From an uncultured Clostridia bacterium (GTDB lineage Bacteria; Bacillota; Clostridia; Christensenellales; CAMQZB01): a DNA stretch of 64,000 nt. Location: positions 15,877 to 79,876 of the forward strand of contig CAMQZB010000001.1 in the NCBI GenBank assembly GCA_947039455.1, read 5' to 3'. The notes under the pieces are model-generated. The model was not told where the DNA came from. It did no database searches and saw only the letters and a list, made by a program, of their open reading frames with translations. The translations under genes were made by a program, and so were the position numbers. Positions 26,757 through 39,200 of this stretch are shown here, one piece after another; the first letter of the stretch is position 1, and each line of letters starts with the position of its first letter.

Positions 26757-27485
26757 ATGGTAAATTATGTAATTAGTGACAATAAAATTGAAACAATAGA
26801 AAAAATCAAAAACGGTATTGAACGCCTAGCAAAAGAACTAAATTGCAACATGGTTTGTTCAACTGTTGATGACCGTGAATTTATAAATTTAGAAGTGCCT
26901 GAAAAAGTGGAGGACTACTTCAAAACCGAATTTTTAGAGATGTTTGCTAGCAAAATTCTCTATATTAATAAAGACCAGTATTATAGAGATATGCTAAAAT
27001 TAAATTGCAATAAAAATGTTCATTCCTTTATGTTGTTGAAAACTTTGATTTTCGCTGACTTTCATTATGTAAAAGAAGCGTTTAAAAAGGAAATAGAAAA
27101 GTTTCACGAATTTTCTATTGACGGTATCGAAAATTTCATTTTACGAAAAAACAAAGAAGGGTGGAAAACTATTGCCCTTGAAACCAACCGAAATTTAGCT
27201 ACCATTGCAAGTAGAAAAACTTTTCGCCAATTTATAAGATACCTAATCGAGAACTTAAACAACTCTCAAGGTGCAGTAAATCTAATGAGCGACGAAATCC
27301 CATATCTAGTGACAAATGACCTGAAAAAACTAGAATATTCTTTTTCTGAACTTGAAGACCTTTCCAACGATCAACTGATTTTAGCTACTTTAATAGAACA
27401 TTTTCCAGCGAAAGTCAACGTATTTTCAAAAAATTTATCGGAAGAATTAACTTATACTTTAGAAATTTTGTACGATTTGCAATAA
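26757..27485 (+). CDS. Hypothetical protein, possibly YtxC-like (assigned by position upstream of thrS)
   Basis: 242-aa soluble protein immediately upstream of the thrS T-box, as ytxC is in B. subtilis. Assignment rests on synteny only. Confidence 0.4.
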   Translation: MVNYVISDNKIETIEKIKNGIERLAKELNCNMVCSTVDDREFINLEVPEKVEDYFKTEFLEMFASKILYINKDQYYRDMLKLNCNKNVHSFMLLKTLIFADFHYVKEAFKKEIEKFHEFSIDGIENFILRKNKEGWKTIALETNRNLATIASRKTFRQFIRYLIENLNNSQGAVNLMSDEIPYLVTNDLKKLEYSFSELEDLSNDQLILATLIEHFPAKVNVFSKNLSEELTYTLEILYDLQ

Positions 27486-27517
27486 AAAAATAATTCGTCA
27501 AAAAACTGTAAAGTTGC

Positions 27518-27546
27518 TTGACAAAACCTAATAATGAGTATATAAT
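27518..27546 (+). promoter_or_regulatory. Sigma-A promoter of the thrS leader
   Basis: TTGACA, a 17-nt spacer, then TATAAT. Confidence 0.8.
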
Positions 27547-27552
27547 TAATTT

Positions 27553-27797
27553 AATTAAATGAACATATCAAGCGGACAAATAGCAGTTGAAAAGTTTAGT
27601 TTTAGAGAAAAGTGCCACGGCTGAAAGTACTTACTAAAATCAACGATAGCGAAACTACCGATTTTGAGTTCGAAGTACTTGCAAATACTTCTTGAAATTT
27701 GCGAAATTAAGGTTGAGTTTTCTCAACGAATTAAGGTGGAACCACGAATTATCGTCCTTATTTTATGTCACGTGATATAGAATAAGGACTTTTTTTA
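27553..27797 (+). promoter_or_regulatory. T-box riboswitch with Thr specifier (ACU at 27654-27656) and terminator/antiterminator
   Basis: AGAGA motif at 27603. Specifier-loop context GAA-ACU-A. T-box sequence gaattaaggtggaaccacg (27728-27746). Terminator stem gtccttatt/aataaggac followed by T7 (27754-27797). Confidence 0.9.
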
Positions 27798-27822
27798 TTA
27801 TTGTCTAGGAGGACTTGAAAAA

Positions 27823-29763
27823 ATGTTATTGAATTTAAAAGACGGAAACAAAATAGAAGTTGAAAATGGCTTAAACGCTTTTGACTGTATAAAGAATGTT
27901 GGTGACGGACTAGTGAAAACTGCCGTTGCGGTGAAGATTGATGGTGTATTAAAGGACTTGCGTGAAGTGATTTCTGCTGATTGCGACTTTGAAATCATAA
28001 CATTCCAACACCCTGATGGAAGAGAAATTTTTCACCACAGCACAGCTCATTTATTAGCGGAAGCTGTGAAGATTTTATATCCAACAGCTAAACTTGGAAT
28101 AGGACCTGCAATCGAAGCTGGGTTCTACTATGACATCGAGTTTGACCACCAAATTAACGAAGAAGAACTTGACAAAATTCAAGCAACTATGAAAAAATTA
28201 GTTAAAAAAGCCGAGCGTATTGAGCGTTTCGAACTCCCTAAAAAAGAAGCAATCGCACTTATGGAAGAACGCAACGAGCCATACAAAGTAGAGCTTATTA
28301 GCGAACTACCTGAAAACGAAGTTTTGACTTTCTACAAACAAGGCGATTATGTTGATTTCTGCCGTGGACCACATTTAATGAGTACATCAGCAATGAAAGC
28401 TGTGAAACTACTTCAAATTACTGGAGCATACTGGAGAGGTAACGATAAAAACAAAATGTTAACGCGTATTTACGGTACATCATACGACAATAAAGAAGCT
28501 CTTGAAGCCCATTTATTAGTACTTGAAGAAGCAAAATCTCGTGACCACAACAAACTTGGTCGTGAAATGAAAGTATTTACAACTGACGAAAACGTAGGGC
28601 AAGGTTTACCGTTAATTATGCCAAACGGTGCGAAAATCATGCAAACATTAATTAGATTTGTTGAAGACGAAGAAGAACGTCGTGGCTATGTTATGACAAG
28701 AACGCCTTTCATGGCAAAATCTGATTTATATAAAATTTCAGGACATTGGTCACATTATAAAGACGGAATGTTCGTTATGGGAGACGAGGAGAAAGAGGAA
28801 GAAGTGATGGCACTTCGTCCAATGACTTGCCCGTTCCAATACCTAATCTATAAAACCGATTTGCATTCATACAGAGACCTTCCAATCAGATACGGTGAGA
28901 CTTCAACTCTATTCAGAAACGAGAGTTCTGGTGAGATGCACGGGCTTATTCGTGTACGTCAATTCACAATTTCAGAAGGACATTTAGTTGTTCGCCCTGA
29001 TCAATTAGCTGAAGAATTCAAAGGCGTTTTAGACTTGATTTATTACCTACTTGACTGTATCGGACTACGTGATGATGTATCTTTCCGTTTCAGTAAATGG
29101 GATAAAAACAACCGTGATAAATACGAAGGCGAAGCTAGCGAGTGGGAAGATGTTCAAGCGAAAATGAAAGTAATTCTTGACGAAATCGGTCTTGATTACT
29201 ACGAAGCTGACGGCGAAGCTGCTTTCTATGGCCCTAAACTTGATATCCAAGCGAAAAATGTTTACGGAAAAGAAGACACGATTATTACTATACAACTTGA
29301 CTTCATGGCAGGCAAAAAATTCGGCATGGAATACGTTGATGCGGAAGGTAACAAAAAATCTCCTTACGTTATTCACAGAACTAGTATCGGTTGTTACGAA
29401 CGTACAATGGCTTTGCTAATCGAGAAATATTACGGTGCATTACCACTTTGGTTGATGCCTACTCAAGTTGCCGTTTTGTCACTAACTGATAGAACAGCGG
29501 ATGAAGCAAGTGCAACGGCAGCAGCGTTACAACGTGCAGGAATCAGAGTGAAACTTGACAACAGAAGCGAGAAATTAGGTAAGAAAATCAGAGAAGCTCA
29601 GCTTGAAAAAACTCCTTACATGGTTGTTATCGGCGACAAAGACGTTGAAAGTAATGTAGTTTCAGTAAGAAACAGAAAGCTAGGGGACATCGGTCAAATG
29701 TCTTTAGAAGAATTCATTGCTAAAATCCAAGATGAAATCAAAACTTTCAACAAAGAAGTTTAG
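27823..29763 (+). CDS. thrS: Threonine--tRNA ligase
   Basis: 646 aa with TGS, editing and class II core motifs (HRTSIGCYERTMALLIE). Preceded by the Thr T-box. Confidence 0.95.
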   Translation: MLLNLKDGNKIEVENGLNAFDCIKNVGDGLVKTAVAVKIDGVLKDLREVISADCDFEIITFQHPDGREIFHHSTAHLLAEAVKILYPTAKLGIGPAIEAGFYYDIEFDHQINEEELDKIQATMKKLVKKAERIERFELPKKEAIALMEERNEPYKVELISELPENEVLTFYKQGDYVDFCRGPHLMSTSAMKAVKLLQITGAYWRGNDKNKMLTRIYGTSYDNKEALEAHLLVLEEAKSRDHNKLGREMKVFTTDENVGQGLPLIMPNGAKIMQTLIRFVEDEEERRGYVMTRTPFMAKSDLYKISGHWSHYKDGMFVMGDEEKEEEVMALRPMTCPFQYLIYKTDLHSYRDLPIRYGETSTLFRNESSGEMHGLIRVRQFTISEGHLVVRPDQLAEEFKGVLDLIYYLLDCIGLRDDVSFRFSKWDKNNRDKYEGEASEWEDVQAKMKVILDEIGLDYYEADGEAAFYGPKLDIQAKNVYGKEDTIITIQLDFMAGKKFGMEYVDAEGNKKSPYVIHRTSIGCYERTMALLIEKYYGALPLWLMPTQVAVLSLTDRTADEASATAAALQRAGIRVKLDNRSEKLGKKIREAQLEKTPYMVVIGDKDVESNVVSVRNRKLGDIGQMSLEEFIAKIQDEIKTFNKEV

Positions 29764-29882
29764 AAACTAAAACGGAATTTAGAATACTAACAAAAAGAAG
29801 TTTAGAATACAAGAAATGGAATTTAGAGTACTCAAAAAAAGTGTTTAAGATACTAACAAAAAATAATTTAGATTATTCAAAT
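29755..29882 (+). repeat. Six phased degenerate repeats (consensus about AATTTAGAATACTAACAAAAA), period 19-23 bp
   Basis: TTTAG/TTTAA cores at 29759, 29778, 29801, 29822, 29844 and 29867. The first copy overlaps the thrS stop codon. Confidence 0.6.
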
Positions 29883-29991
29883 AACAAACTACTAAATCAT
29901 AAATAACATAACCTAAATAGCGGGGTTCTGTCCTTATATAAGGCTGTCAATAAAATTATTTCATTTCTACCAAAATACTAAGAGTTTTTAG

Positions 29992-30020
29992 TTGACAACC
30001 CACATTATTTATGTTAATAT
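29992..30020 (+). promoter_or_regulatory. Sigma-A promoter of the infC-rpmI-rplT operon
   Basis: TTGACA, a 17-nt spacer, then TAATAT. Confidence 0.75.
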
Positions 30021-30026
30021 ACTATT

Positions 30027-30172
30027 ATTGATAAAGAAGGAACTGCCCGTTTCTCACCGAAAGACCTTGTAAGATGTGTTTTGTCGGTCACTATTTTTAA
30101 AACTTGATTGTATTAAACAATCATAACGCGAAATTATTTGCGGGCAAGAAATTCTTGTCCGCATTTTTTTGT
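30027..30172 (+). promoter_or_regulatory. Probable ribosomal protein L20 leader with intrinsic attenuator
   Basis: Leader of about 195 nt between promoter and infC, with a GC-rich terminator (gcgggcaag/cttgtccgc followed by T7 at 30139-30172). This is the arrangement of the Firmicute L20-autoregulated infC leader. The motif itself was not verified. Confidence 0.55.
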
Positions 30173-30221
30173 ATTTAAAAGCACTAGCTTTTAAAAATAT
30201 ATTTCAAGGGAGAACAGACTT

Positions 30222-30743
30222 ATTAATATTAAGCATCAAATTAATGAAGCAATTAGAGAAAGCGAAATTCGACTAGTTGGTGAAGATGGCGAGCAAATCG
30301 GCATAATTGCTACAGAAGAAGCACAACGCATGGCTGATGACAAAACTTTAGATTTAGTAAAAATATCGCCAACTGCAAATCCTCCAGTTTGTAAAATTAT
30401 GAACTACGGAAAATACAAGTTTGATATTTTGAAAAAAGAAAAAGAACAAAGAAAAAATCAAAAGACTAGTGAGGCTAAAGAGCTTTCATTGTCTGCAACG
30501 ATTGATCTTCATGACCTTGAAACAAAGGCAAAACACTGCATCAAATTCTTTAACGATTTTGATAAAGTAAAAATCGCAATTCGCATGAAAGGTCGTCAAC
30601 AAGCACGTCCTCAATTAGCAGTGGACGTAATGTATAAATTCCACGAACTAGTAGGCGAATATTGCACTATTGAACTTAAGCCAAAGCAAGAAGGTAGAAA
30701 TATCTTTATGGTCTTGGCTAGGAATAAAGAAGTTAAGAAATAA
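30222..30743 (+). CDS. infC: Translation initiation factor IF-3 with an AUU start codon
   Basis: The frame extends upstream of the listed Met to ATT at 30222, preceded by AAGGGAGA. The N-terminus [22 protein letters not shown] is canonical IF-3. 173 aa. Confidence 0.9.
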   Translation: MNIKHQINEAIRESEIRLVGEDGEQIGIIATEEAQRMADDKTLDLVKISPTANPPVCKIMNYGKYKFDILKKEKEQRKNQKTSEAKELSLSATIDLHDLETKAKHCIKFFNDFDKVKIAIRMKGRQQARPQLAVDVMYKFHELVGEYCTIELKPKQEGRNIFMVLARNKEVKK

Positions 30744-30772
30744 ATTTAACGATAATTAGGAGGAGCAAGATA

Positions 30773-30973
30773 ATGCCAAAACAAAAATCACATAGCGCTT
30801 CAAAAAAGCGTTTCAGCTTTACAGCTACTGGAAAGATTAAAAGAGCGAAAGCTTTCAAAAATCATATCTTGAACAAGAAATCAAGAAAGACAAAAAGAAA
30901 CCTACGTCATGGTGGATATGTTGATGCAACTTGTGCAAAAACAGTTAAACGCATGATTCCTTATAAGGCATAA
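30773..30973 (+). CDS. rpmI: 50S ribosomal protein L35
   Basis: 66-aa basic protein beginning [14 protein letters not shown]. Confidence 0.95.
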   Translation: MPKQKSHSASKKRFSFTATGKIKRAKAFKNHILNKKSRKTKRNLRHGGYVDATCAKTVKRMIPYKA

Positions 30974-30989
30974 TTGGAGGCAAAATAAA

Positions 30990-31346
30990 ATGGCTAGAAT
31001 TAAAAGAGCGGTAAACGCAGTTAAGAAAAGAAGAAAAATTTTAAAACTATCAAAAGGTTACTTTGGTGGTAAGAGTAAATTATACAGAACGGCTCGTCAA
31101 GCGGTTATGAAATCTCAAGAGTATGCTTATGTAGGCAGAAAATTGAAGAAAAGAGATTTCCGTGCATTGTGGATCACAAGAATCAACGCAGCGACTCGTC
31201 TAAATGATATGTCATACAGCACATTCATTAATGGTTTGAAGAAAGCAGAAATCACTTTAGATAGAAAGATTTTGGCTGAAATCGCTGTTTCTGATCCAGC
31301 TGGCTTCACAGTTCTTGTTGAAAAAGCAAAAGCTGCTTTGAAGTAA
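30990..31346 (+). CDS. rplT: 50S ribosomal protein L20
   Basis: [26 protein letters not shown]. 118 aa. Confidence 0.95.
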   Translation: MARIKRAVNAVKKRRKILKLSKGYFGGKSKLYRTARQAVMKSQEYAYVGRKLKKRDFRALWITRINAATRLNDMSYSTFINGLKKAEITLDRKILAEIAVSDPAGFTVLVEKAKAALK

Positions 31347-31368
31347 TAGATAGAAATTAAGTTTATTT

Positions 31369-31396
31369 GCAGTCAATTTATGTTGACTGCTTTTTA
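31369..31396 (+). terminator. Intrinsic terminator after rplT
   Basis: Stem gcagtcaa/ttgactgc followed by T5. It lies inside the N-terminal extension of the listed ORF 31367. Confidence 0.75.
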
Positions 31397-31402
31397 ACTA
31401 TT

Positions 31403-32167
31403 ATGAGAGAGATTTTATCGAAAAACAACGAACTTGTAAAGTCTGATGCGAAGTTACTAACTAAGAAAGCAAGAGACGCACAAGGTTTGTTCATACTAGA
31501 GGGAATAAAACTTATATCCGAAGCGAAAGCGGAGGGATATGAGGTTATTCGAGTATACGTTGACAGCAATGATTTAGAGAAATATCAAGAGGTTTTGAAT
31601 ACATATTCAGAAATGGACATAATATCCACAAAAGCGGAAGTTATGGAGAAACTCACTGATGCAAAATCTAATCAAGGCATAATTGGCATAGCGAAAAAAC
31701 TAGTAAAAACAAGACAAAATCCACAAGGATTGTCTTTAATACTAGAAAATTTGCAAGACCCAAAGAACGTAGGCGCATTGCTAAGAACCGCAGCTGCTAC
31801 CAACTTTGTTGACGTATATCTAATAAATTCCGCCGACCCATATTCAGCAAAAAGCGTTCGATCTTCAATGAGCGGATTGTTCAAAGTGAATTTGTATCAA
31901 ATGGAGCTTGAAGAAGTTTTGTTGAAACTTTCTCACTGCGAAATTTTGTGTGGTGATATGGACGGAATAGATATTTTCAAATGCGATTTGCCTAGTTATA
32001 ATATTGCGATAGCGGTAGGAAACGAGGGAAATGGTGTATCGGACAACCTAGTAAAAGGCGCAACAAAAACAGTGTCAATACCAATGGAAAACGGTTTAGA
32101 GAGTTTGAATGTAGCAATTTCAGGCAGTATATTAATGTATGAAACAAGAAGAAAGCAAAGTTTATAA
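31403..32167 (+). CDS. SpoU/TrmH-family RNA 2'-O-methyltransferase (YsgA/RlmB-like)
   Basis: LENLQDPKNVGALLRTA and VGNEGNGVS motifs. Start moved downstream of the rplT terminator. Same position as ysgA in B. subtilis. Confidence 0.8.
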   Translation: MREILSKNNELVKSDAKLLTKKARDAQGLFILEGIKLISEAKAEGYEVIRVYVDSNDLEKYQEVLNTYSEMDIISTKAEVMEKLTDAKSNQGIIGIAKKLVKTRQNPQGLSLILENLQDPKNVGALLRTAAATNFVDVYLINSADPYSAKSVRSSMSGLFKVNLYQMELEEVLLKLSHCEILCGDMDGIDIFKCDLPSYNIAIAVGNEGNGVSDNLVKGATKTVSIPMENGLESLNVAISGSILMYETRRKQSL

Positions 32168-32225
32168 CGTAAAGAATATATAATAAACAATTATAAAATA
32201 AATACTCTATGGGAGGATTAAGATT

Positions 32226-32951
32226 ATGTCAGGACATAGCAAGTGGGCTAATATTAAGCACAGAAAAGCAAAAGGCGATGCCGCAAAAGCTAATATTTTC
32301 ACAAAAATTGGACGTGAAATCGCAGTAGCAGTTAAACTTGGTGGACCAGATCCAACAATAAACACGAAACTTGGTGATATAATTCAAAAGGCAAAAAAAT
32401 GCAATATGCCTAATGATACAATCAAAAGTGGAATAAAAAAAGCATCTGGAGAGCTTGGTGCAATCAACTATGAAGAGTTGACGTACGAAGGCTACGGAGT
32501 TGACGGCGTTGCAGTAATCGTTGAAACCTTGACTGATAATAAAAACAGATCTAGTAGTGATATTAGATGGTTATTTGATAAGCATAACGGACAAATGGGT
32601 GCAACAGGTTGCGTAAGTTTCATGTTTGACAGAAAGGGAATTATCATAGTAGAAAAAGCGGGAAGTCCTGATTTTGATACAATGATGGATTACTGTTTGG
32701 AAGCGGGAGCGGACGACATAGCTGAGGTTGAAGACTTCTATGAAATCACAACTGATATCACAGCGTATCACACAGTGTGCGTATTTTTAAAAAGCCATGC
32801 AATCAAAATTGAGTCATCTCAACTTGAATGGATTCCACAAAATACAGTAACGATCCCAGATCATAGCATAGATAAATTCGAAAAAATGATAGATAGATTA
32901 GACGACCTAGACGACGTCCAAAACATCTGGCACAACGCGGATAACGAATAG
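32226..32951 (+). CDS. yebC: YebC/PmpR-family transcriptional regulator
   Basis: MSGHSKWANIKHRKAKGDAAKA is a canonical N-terminus. 241 aa. Confidence 0.9.
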   Translation: MSGHSKWANIKHRKAKGDAAKANIFTKIGREIAVAVKLGGPDPTINTKLGDIIQKAKKCNMPNDTIKSGIKKASGELGAINYEELTYEGYGVDGVAVIVETLTDNKNRSSSDIRWLFDKHNGQMGATGCVSFMFDRKGIIIVEKAGSPDFDTMMDYCLEAGADDIAEVEDFYEITTDITAYHTVCVFLKSHAIKIESSQLEWIPQNTVTIPDHSIDKFEKMIDRLDDLDDVQNIWHNADNE

Positions 32952-32984
32952 AAATAAATATATAATACATATAACATAATGATT

Positions 32985-33027
32985 AAAAGCTATGAAATGC
33001 AAAAACGTATTTCATAGCTTTTTTTAT
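32985..33027 (+). terminator. Intrinsic terminator
   Basis: 12-bp stem aagctatgaaat/atttcatagctt followed by a T-run. Confidence 0.8.
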
Positions 33028-33268
33028 AAATAAATCATGGATAATTAATTATATGTTGTTAAGTTACATATGTAATGCAAATAAATGTTTTATTTTCAAT
33101 TGCCTATTGACAATGGTAAATTTTAGGAGTATGCTATTAATAGATAGAAAATTCACAATATAACATAGGGTGAAATTGTGGAAGAATAAATATAAATTTT
33201 ACGTAGATTGACAATTAAATAGAGAAATACAAAAAGAAAAAACATTATAATATGTAGGGGTACGAATT

Positions 33269-36200
33269 ATGAAATGTATTAGAAGAGCAGTTGTTATTAC
33301 AACATGTATGGTATTTGTATTATCAGCAATTTTAGGGATAGTTATAGTTGTGGATAACGTTAGATATGATTATGAAAACGTAATCATGTCTGACAAAGTG
33401 GACTTCAGTGAAGGGTATAATGATATGGGGCAAGTGGCCGAAACCAGCTTGAACAACCCCATAATCAATGATCTTTCACCGAATTTACAACAATTCTCAA
33501 AAGATGAAGCCGATCAGGTAAATGATTCGGCTAATTTTGCGTTATCTGAAATGATGGCGGGATCAAATGAACTTATCGAGAGTAGTGAAAAAACATTGGA
33601 AAGATTGAACCAAAATGTTCCAGTGCCAAGATACAGTGGAGAGTATTTAGCAGAGTCAGCTCCAGCATTTAGCTGGCAAGATCCTAGTATTGTGAAAACA
33701 CCTCTACAAGGTACAGGAACTGAGATCGATCCATTTCAAATTTGGACTGGTGCGGATTTAGCACAAATGGTTCCAATGATTGCGGCTACACATGAAACAG
33801 GTAATAAAAAAGAATGGAATTATTTAGCATTTTATAAGCTAATGGACGATATAGATTTAGGTGAGCATGAATGGGAATCAATTGGTAGAGATAAGAAAGA
33901 ATTCCATGGTACTTTTTTAGGCAACAATAAAACAATTAGTAATTTATACTGTACATCTATTGGGGTGCAAAACGGGCTCAACGGGATTTATGGAGAAATG
34001 GGCTTATTTGGTACAACTTCATATTATGCAACAATAAAAGATTTAATAGTAGAGAATCCGTACATATTATATGCCTACGATGCAGGAGCTATAGTTACAA
34101 CTTCAAATGGTTTTCTAAAAAACTGTCACGTTGTTGGTGGTGAATTTAGATTAATCAAAGGTAATACAAAAGGTGATGATTGGAGTTATAATCATAATGG
34201 TTATGTAGGTGGATTAGTTGGTCAATCGACAGAACATGTAAATATTCAAAATTGTACTAACAGCAGTGATATTATAGGGTATCTAGGTGAAGATATGGAT
34301 CAGGCGACGGAATATATTGCAGGTGGTATAATTGGATCAGCCTACACTAGTTACGATTATATTGATTCGTATATATATAACTGTGCTAATAGTGGTAATT
34401 TAATTGATATGTCTGATGCCGGTGGAATTGCAGGTAATGCGTATCAAGGTAAAATGAGTTCTAGATTTTGGATAGAAAAATGTTATAACAAAGGTGATCT
34501 GCAAGCTGGTCGATCTATAGGTGGAATTGTTGCCAGTTTATATATGGAAACCACTATTCTTAATTCTGTTAATGTGGGAAATATAATTGGTATCAACCTT
34601 TACTATTATTCTGAAAACAATCAATCAACTTTAGGTGGAATAGTTGGTGATGCTAATGGCGTAGGGCAGTGGAACACGCCAAGTAAAGATTATATATTTA
34701 TTGAAAATTGTTTCAATGCTGGAAATATTACCAGTCAGAATAAATTTTCAGGTGGAATTTTAGGAACTTTGTCAGGTCAATGGATAATTGATAATACTGT
34801 ACCTGTGGAAGATATGATAGGTAGAAAAGTGAAAAACTGTTATAATTCTGGTATTATGATGGCTGGTGATGGTTCTACGCGAGAAGGCGGAGTAATAGGA
34901 TGTATAGCCCATGTAATTGGTAGTGAGACGTCAGAGCTGTTTAACAGTATGGAAAACTGTTATTATTTAGAAGGCACAAGTCCTAGGGGTGTTGCAAATT
35001 CTTCTTACGGTGATAGTATAGCTTATGTAGTAGCAATCGACGGATCTATAATAAACGGACCAGCGGGATATCCAGTTGAATTAGTAACAGCATTAAATCA
35101 GTGGAAAACAACTGAATATGATAAATTTACTTGGAAAGACAAAGGTACGGCTTCAGTAACAGATACATACTTATATATGGGAACAAAAACATACTGGAAA
35201 GACCCTGAAAACGTAGCAACAAACTTCCAAAGCGGTAACGGTAGTGAAAACAGCCCATACTTAATATCAACCCAGCAACAACTTTCTTTGTTGGCACATA
35301 ACATAAATCTATCAATAAAGAATACTTCTCACTATAAATTAGTAAGCAATATAGACTTATCAGCCCATGAATGGGAGCCAATAGGTAAAAGCAAATCAAC
35401 TCCATTTGGCGGAACATTTGACGGAAATAATATGATAATCACAGGAATGTCAATAACAGACGCCACGGATTATTCAGGATTATTTGGTTATGTAACAGGG
35501 CCTAAAATTGATAATGTACAAATAATCAATGCTGAAGTTACAGGTGGATCACAAGTAGGTGGATTAGTAGGTGAAAACACATCTGCAACAATAAGAAACA
35601 GTTCATATACAGGAAAAGTCACAGGAACTAACAACGTTGGCGGATTAGTAGGCGTAAGCAAAGGACTAATCGCAAATAGTTATTCAGCAGGAACAGTAAG
35701 TGGAACATCAAATGTAGGCGGATTTATTGGAAGCAATAGCAATAAGATAAATAACTGTTACAGTTCATCAACCGCTAAGGGAACAAGTGCAGTTGGTGGA
35801 TTCATTGGAAACAATACAAACGCAGCAGTGTCAAATTCATACTGGATAAACACAGCAACCAATAGCATAGGATCTGGAACAGCAACAAATGAAACTGTTA
35901 AAACTTTCAAAACGGGTGGTACATTTACCACTCCATTCACAACGCCAATTTATGGAAAAACTATACCAACGAATTTGTTTACAGCGTTAAACCAAGGCGG
36001 ATTAGTGGTAGTAAATCCAACTGAATATAAAGAATGGACAAATGGAACAAATGGATTTGCATTACACACAACAAGATTTCAACAATCAGTTTTGAATTTT
36101 GCAGCAAACCAAGAAAGTTTAAATACAACAACTTTTAGCAATGAAATATATAACAAAGCAGTTGGCAACATAACATATCAAACAAGCTCAATAGTTGGTG

Positions 36201-39200
36201 GAACAGGTGCTGGAGCAATGTCCTATTCAATAAAACCAACAACATCAATTACAGGCAATATGTTTATGGACGATACAAATAAATTAACAATTCCACATGC
36301 AGGAATATATAATATTACAGCAACGAAAGCCCAAGGAACAGTAGACGGAAAAATATATGCACCAAGAGAATTTACATATACAGCAACAGTAAATAAAGCA
36401 ACAGACAACGCATTTACTGAAACGTCAATTGTAGGTTGGACTTATGGTGAATTTGAGTACGTAAAAAACAGCCCTGTTTACACAACAAAATACGGAAATA
36501 ACGTAGTAATCAGTTATGAAACAGCAAGCGGAAGTTCATTATTAAAAACTCCTTCAAATGCAGGACGATATAAAGTAGTTGGCAAAGTAGATGAGAATCC
36601 GAACTTCAACGCAGTCTCAGCAGTTGCAATTGATTTTGAAATAACAAAAGCAAACTACGATATGAGTAAAGCCAACCTTAAGGATATTTCAAAAACTTAT
36701 AACGGAAAAGTACAAACAATAAATTCACATACACTGCCTACAGGCGCGGACGAAATAAAATTAGTTGCAGAGTATACTGATGGAATAACAAACGTAGGTG
36801 AAAAAAGCATTACAGCAACATTTAGTACAACTTCAAACAACTATTTCACACCAGCCATAAGCACAGCAAAACTAACAATTACACCAGCAGAAACACCAAA
36901 TATTACCACATTGGGACTTGACGCAACAAGAGTTTATGGAGCAAAACTAAGTGATTTTAAATTTACTGGTGGTGTTATAAAAGGAACAAATATTGACGCA
37001 ATTAATGGAAGCGGTTGGGCTTGGAGTAGTGAAACCCCAGAAACAATTTTTCCAACTGTTGGAAACAAAGGCCACGTAGCAAAATACAATGTTCCAATAG
37101 TAGATGAGCGTAATTATCTATGGAATAATTTGCCACAAGACTATATATATTCTAACGGTGTAATAACAAAAACTATCGCCCCAATTATCACAAATGCAAC
37201 AATAAAAACTCCAACAATTACAATATTCAACGACAATTACGATGGAAAAACTCACTCTATTGATATTATCGGAGCGGAAACAGTAAACAGACAAGAGCTT
37301 ACATATCAATACAAAGTAGGTAGTGGAAATTTTTCAGAAACCAACCCAACATTTAAAAATCAAGGCGTATACCTAATAAATTACCAAATAACAGCGCCAA
37401 ATCACAGTACAATTACAGGTAGCGAAACAATCAAAATTTCTCTGAAACCGCTTGAATGGATATCAGGAACAGCAAATTTACGTATTTACAACGGAAATGA
37501 TCAAGGGACAGTGAAAATTGCACCTACATTAAGTGGCGAAATTGAGAATGAAACAGTAGAAATAACTATTGGTGAAATCACATTTGCAACAGCCAATGCA
37601 GGAAACCAAGCTGTGACAGCTACAGGTTATGGAATTGAGGGGGATATATCAAAAAACTACACAATTAAAGTACAACCAATATTTGAAAACCAAGAGATTC
37701 TACCAAAAGAAATCGATGCCGTTTGGGGTGAAAATAATGTAGTAACAGACTTTATTTACAACACAAAACAACAAAACCCAACAGCAACAGCGGATACAGA
37801 AGTGAGTATATTCGGAACAAAAGAAGAAGTTTCATTGACATATACAATCAATGAAAAATCTGACGGAATAGTTTCAGGAATTCACAATGCAATCGCAACA
37901 ATCAGCAATGATCCAAATGGAAATTACCTATTGAAAAATACAAATATTGACTATAATATCCTTGATGCAGACATCAATAAAGTAGAAATCCAAGGAAGAA
38001 TTAACCCAGCTGTAACAGCTGAACAGTCCGTATTATTAACAAAAGAGCATACTTCAAACTACGGTGATTTAACGGTTGTGTGGAGTAAATCAACTGATAA
38101 TGGAGCAACATATACACAAGTTTTAGCTGATGATGAAACCTTCGTTGCAAACACACTTTACAGAGCAACAGTAACAGCTGAAGCAAATGTGAACTATAAT
38201 TTTGCAACTAATATTACAGTAGAGATTGATGATAAAACTGATGTAATAGTAACAAACCAGCAAAATTTAATAAAAATCACAATGGATTATGAAGCTCTTG
38301 ACCTACTTAAACAATCTAGCATTACATTAGGAGGAATAACTGGTGGTGCAGAAACTGAACTTTCGGGATTAACAATCGGCAAAGGAAACATTGACACAAA
38401 ATTAAACAAATTTAACTTACCATTAACAGGTGGAAATACGGAAAAAACAGTAGCTATTACAGGATCAACAGCTGTGGGAACTCATGAAAACGACGTGCTT
38501 ACAGTAACGACTGCAGGTGAAATGTTGATTACCGTGACTGCTGAAGAAACTGATGAATATGAAGAAAAAATAGTAACATATGTTATAGAAATCACAAAAG
38601 GAAGCAACGCAATTGCATTTACTGATGTGAACAAAAAACTATATATCTTCGACAATCACTATACAAATGAACTAATAAATAAATCAACAGCAAAAACCAA
38701 CAACATAGAATTTACAAGTAGTGATGCAGGAATTACTGTATCAAAAGAAGGAAAACTTGACATAGTAGATTTCCCAACAGCCGTAACAACAATTACAGCA
38801 GTCCTTGCTGAAAATGAGTTGTGGTATAGTAACACAGATACCTACGAAGTTAATGTCCCATCTGACAAACTAGTTCTAAATGTAGAAATAAAACCAACAG
38901 CAACGGATTTATATTACCAAGATACATTAAGTGAAAGTAGCATATCAGGTGGTGTTATAAAATCTGAAGGCGAAACAGTTGAAGGCACATGGATTTGGAT
39001 TATAGACTATGAAAACCTAACAGCAATAGCCGATGAAAACACATATAAAGCAACATTTGTGCCATCATATAACCCAAGTAAATATGAAACGATGACTGCT
39101 GATATTCCAGTAAAAGTAAAAAATAGAACAGTTTTATCTATCGAAAAAATTGAAGATATAACTACTAAACCGCTAGGAACTGAATTTGCCGATCTACAAT

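Noticed and set aside
15024-27485. Possible prophage or integrative island, given the many XRE regulators, the SLOG protein and repeats.
   Set aside because: No integrase, recombinase, transposase, capsid/terminase or conjugation genes are present, and no flanking tRNA or att-like direct repeats were identified.
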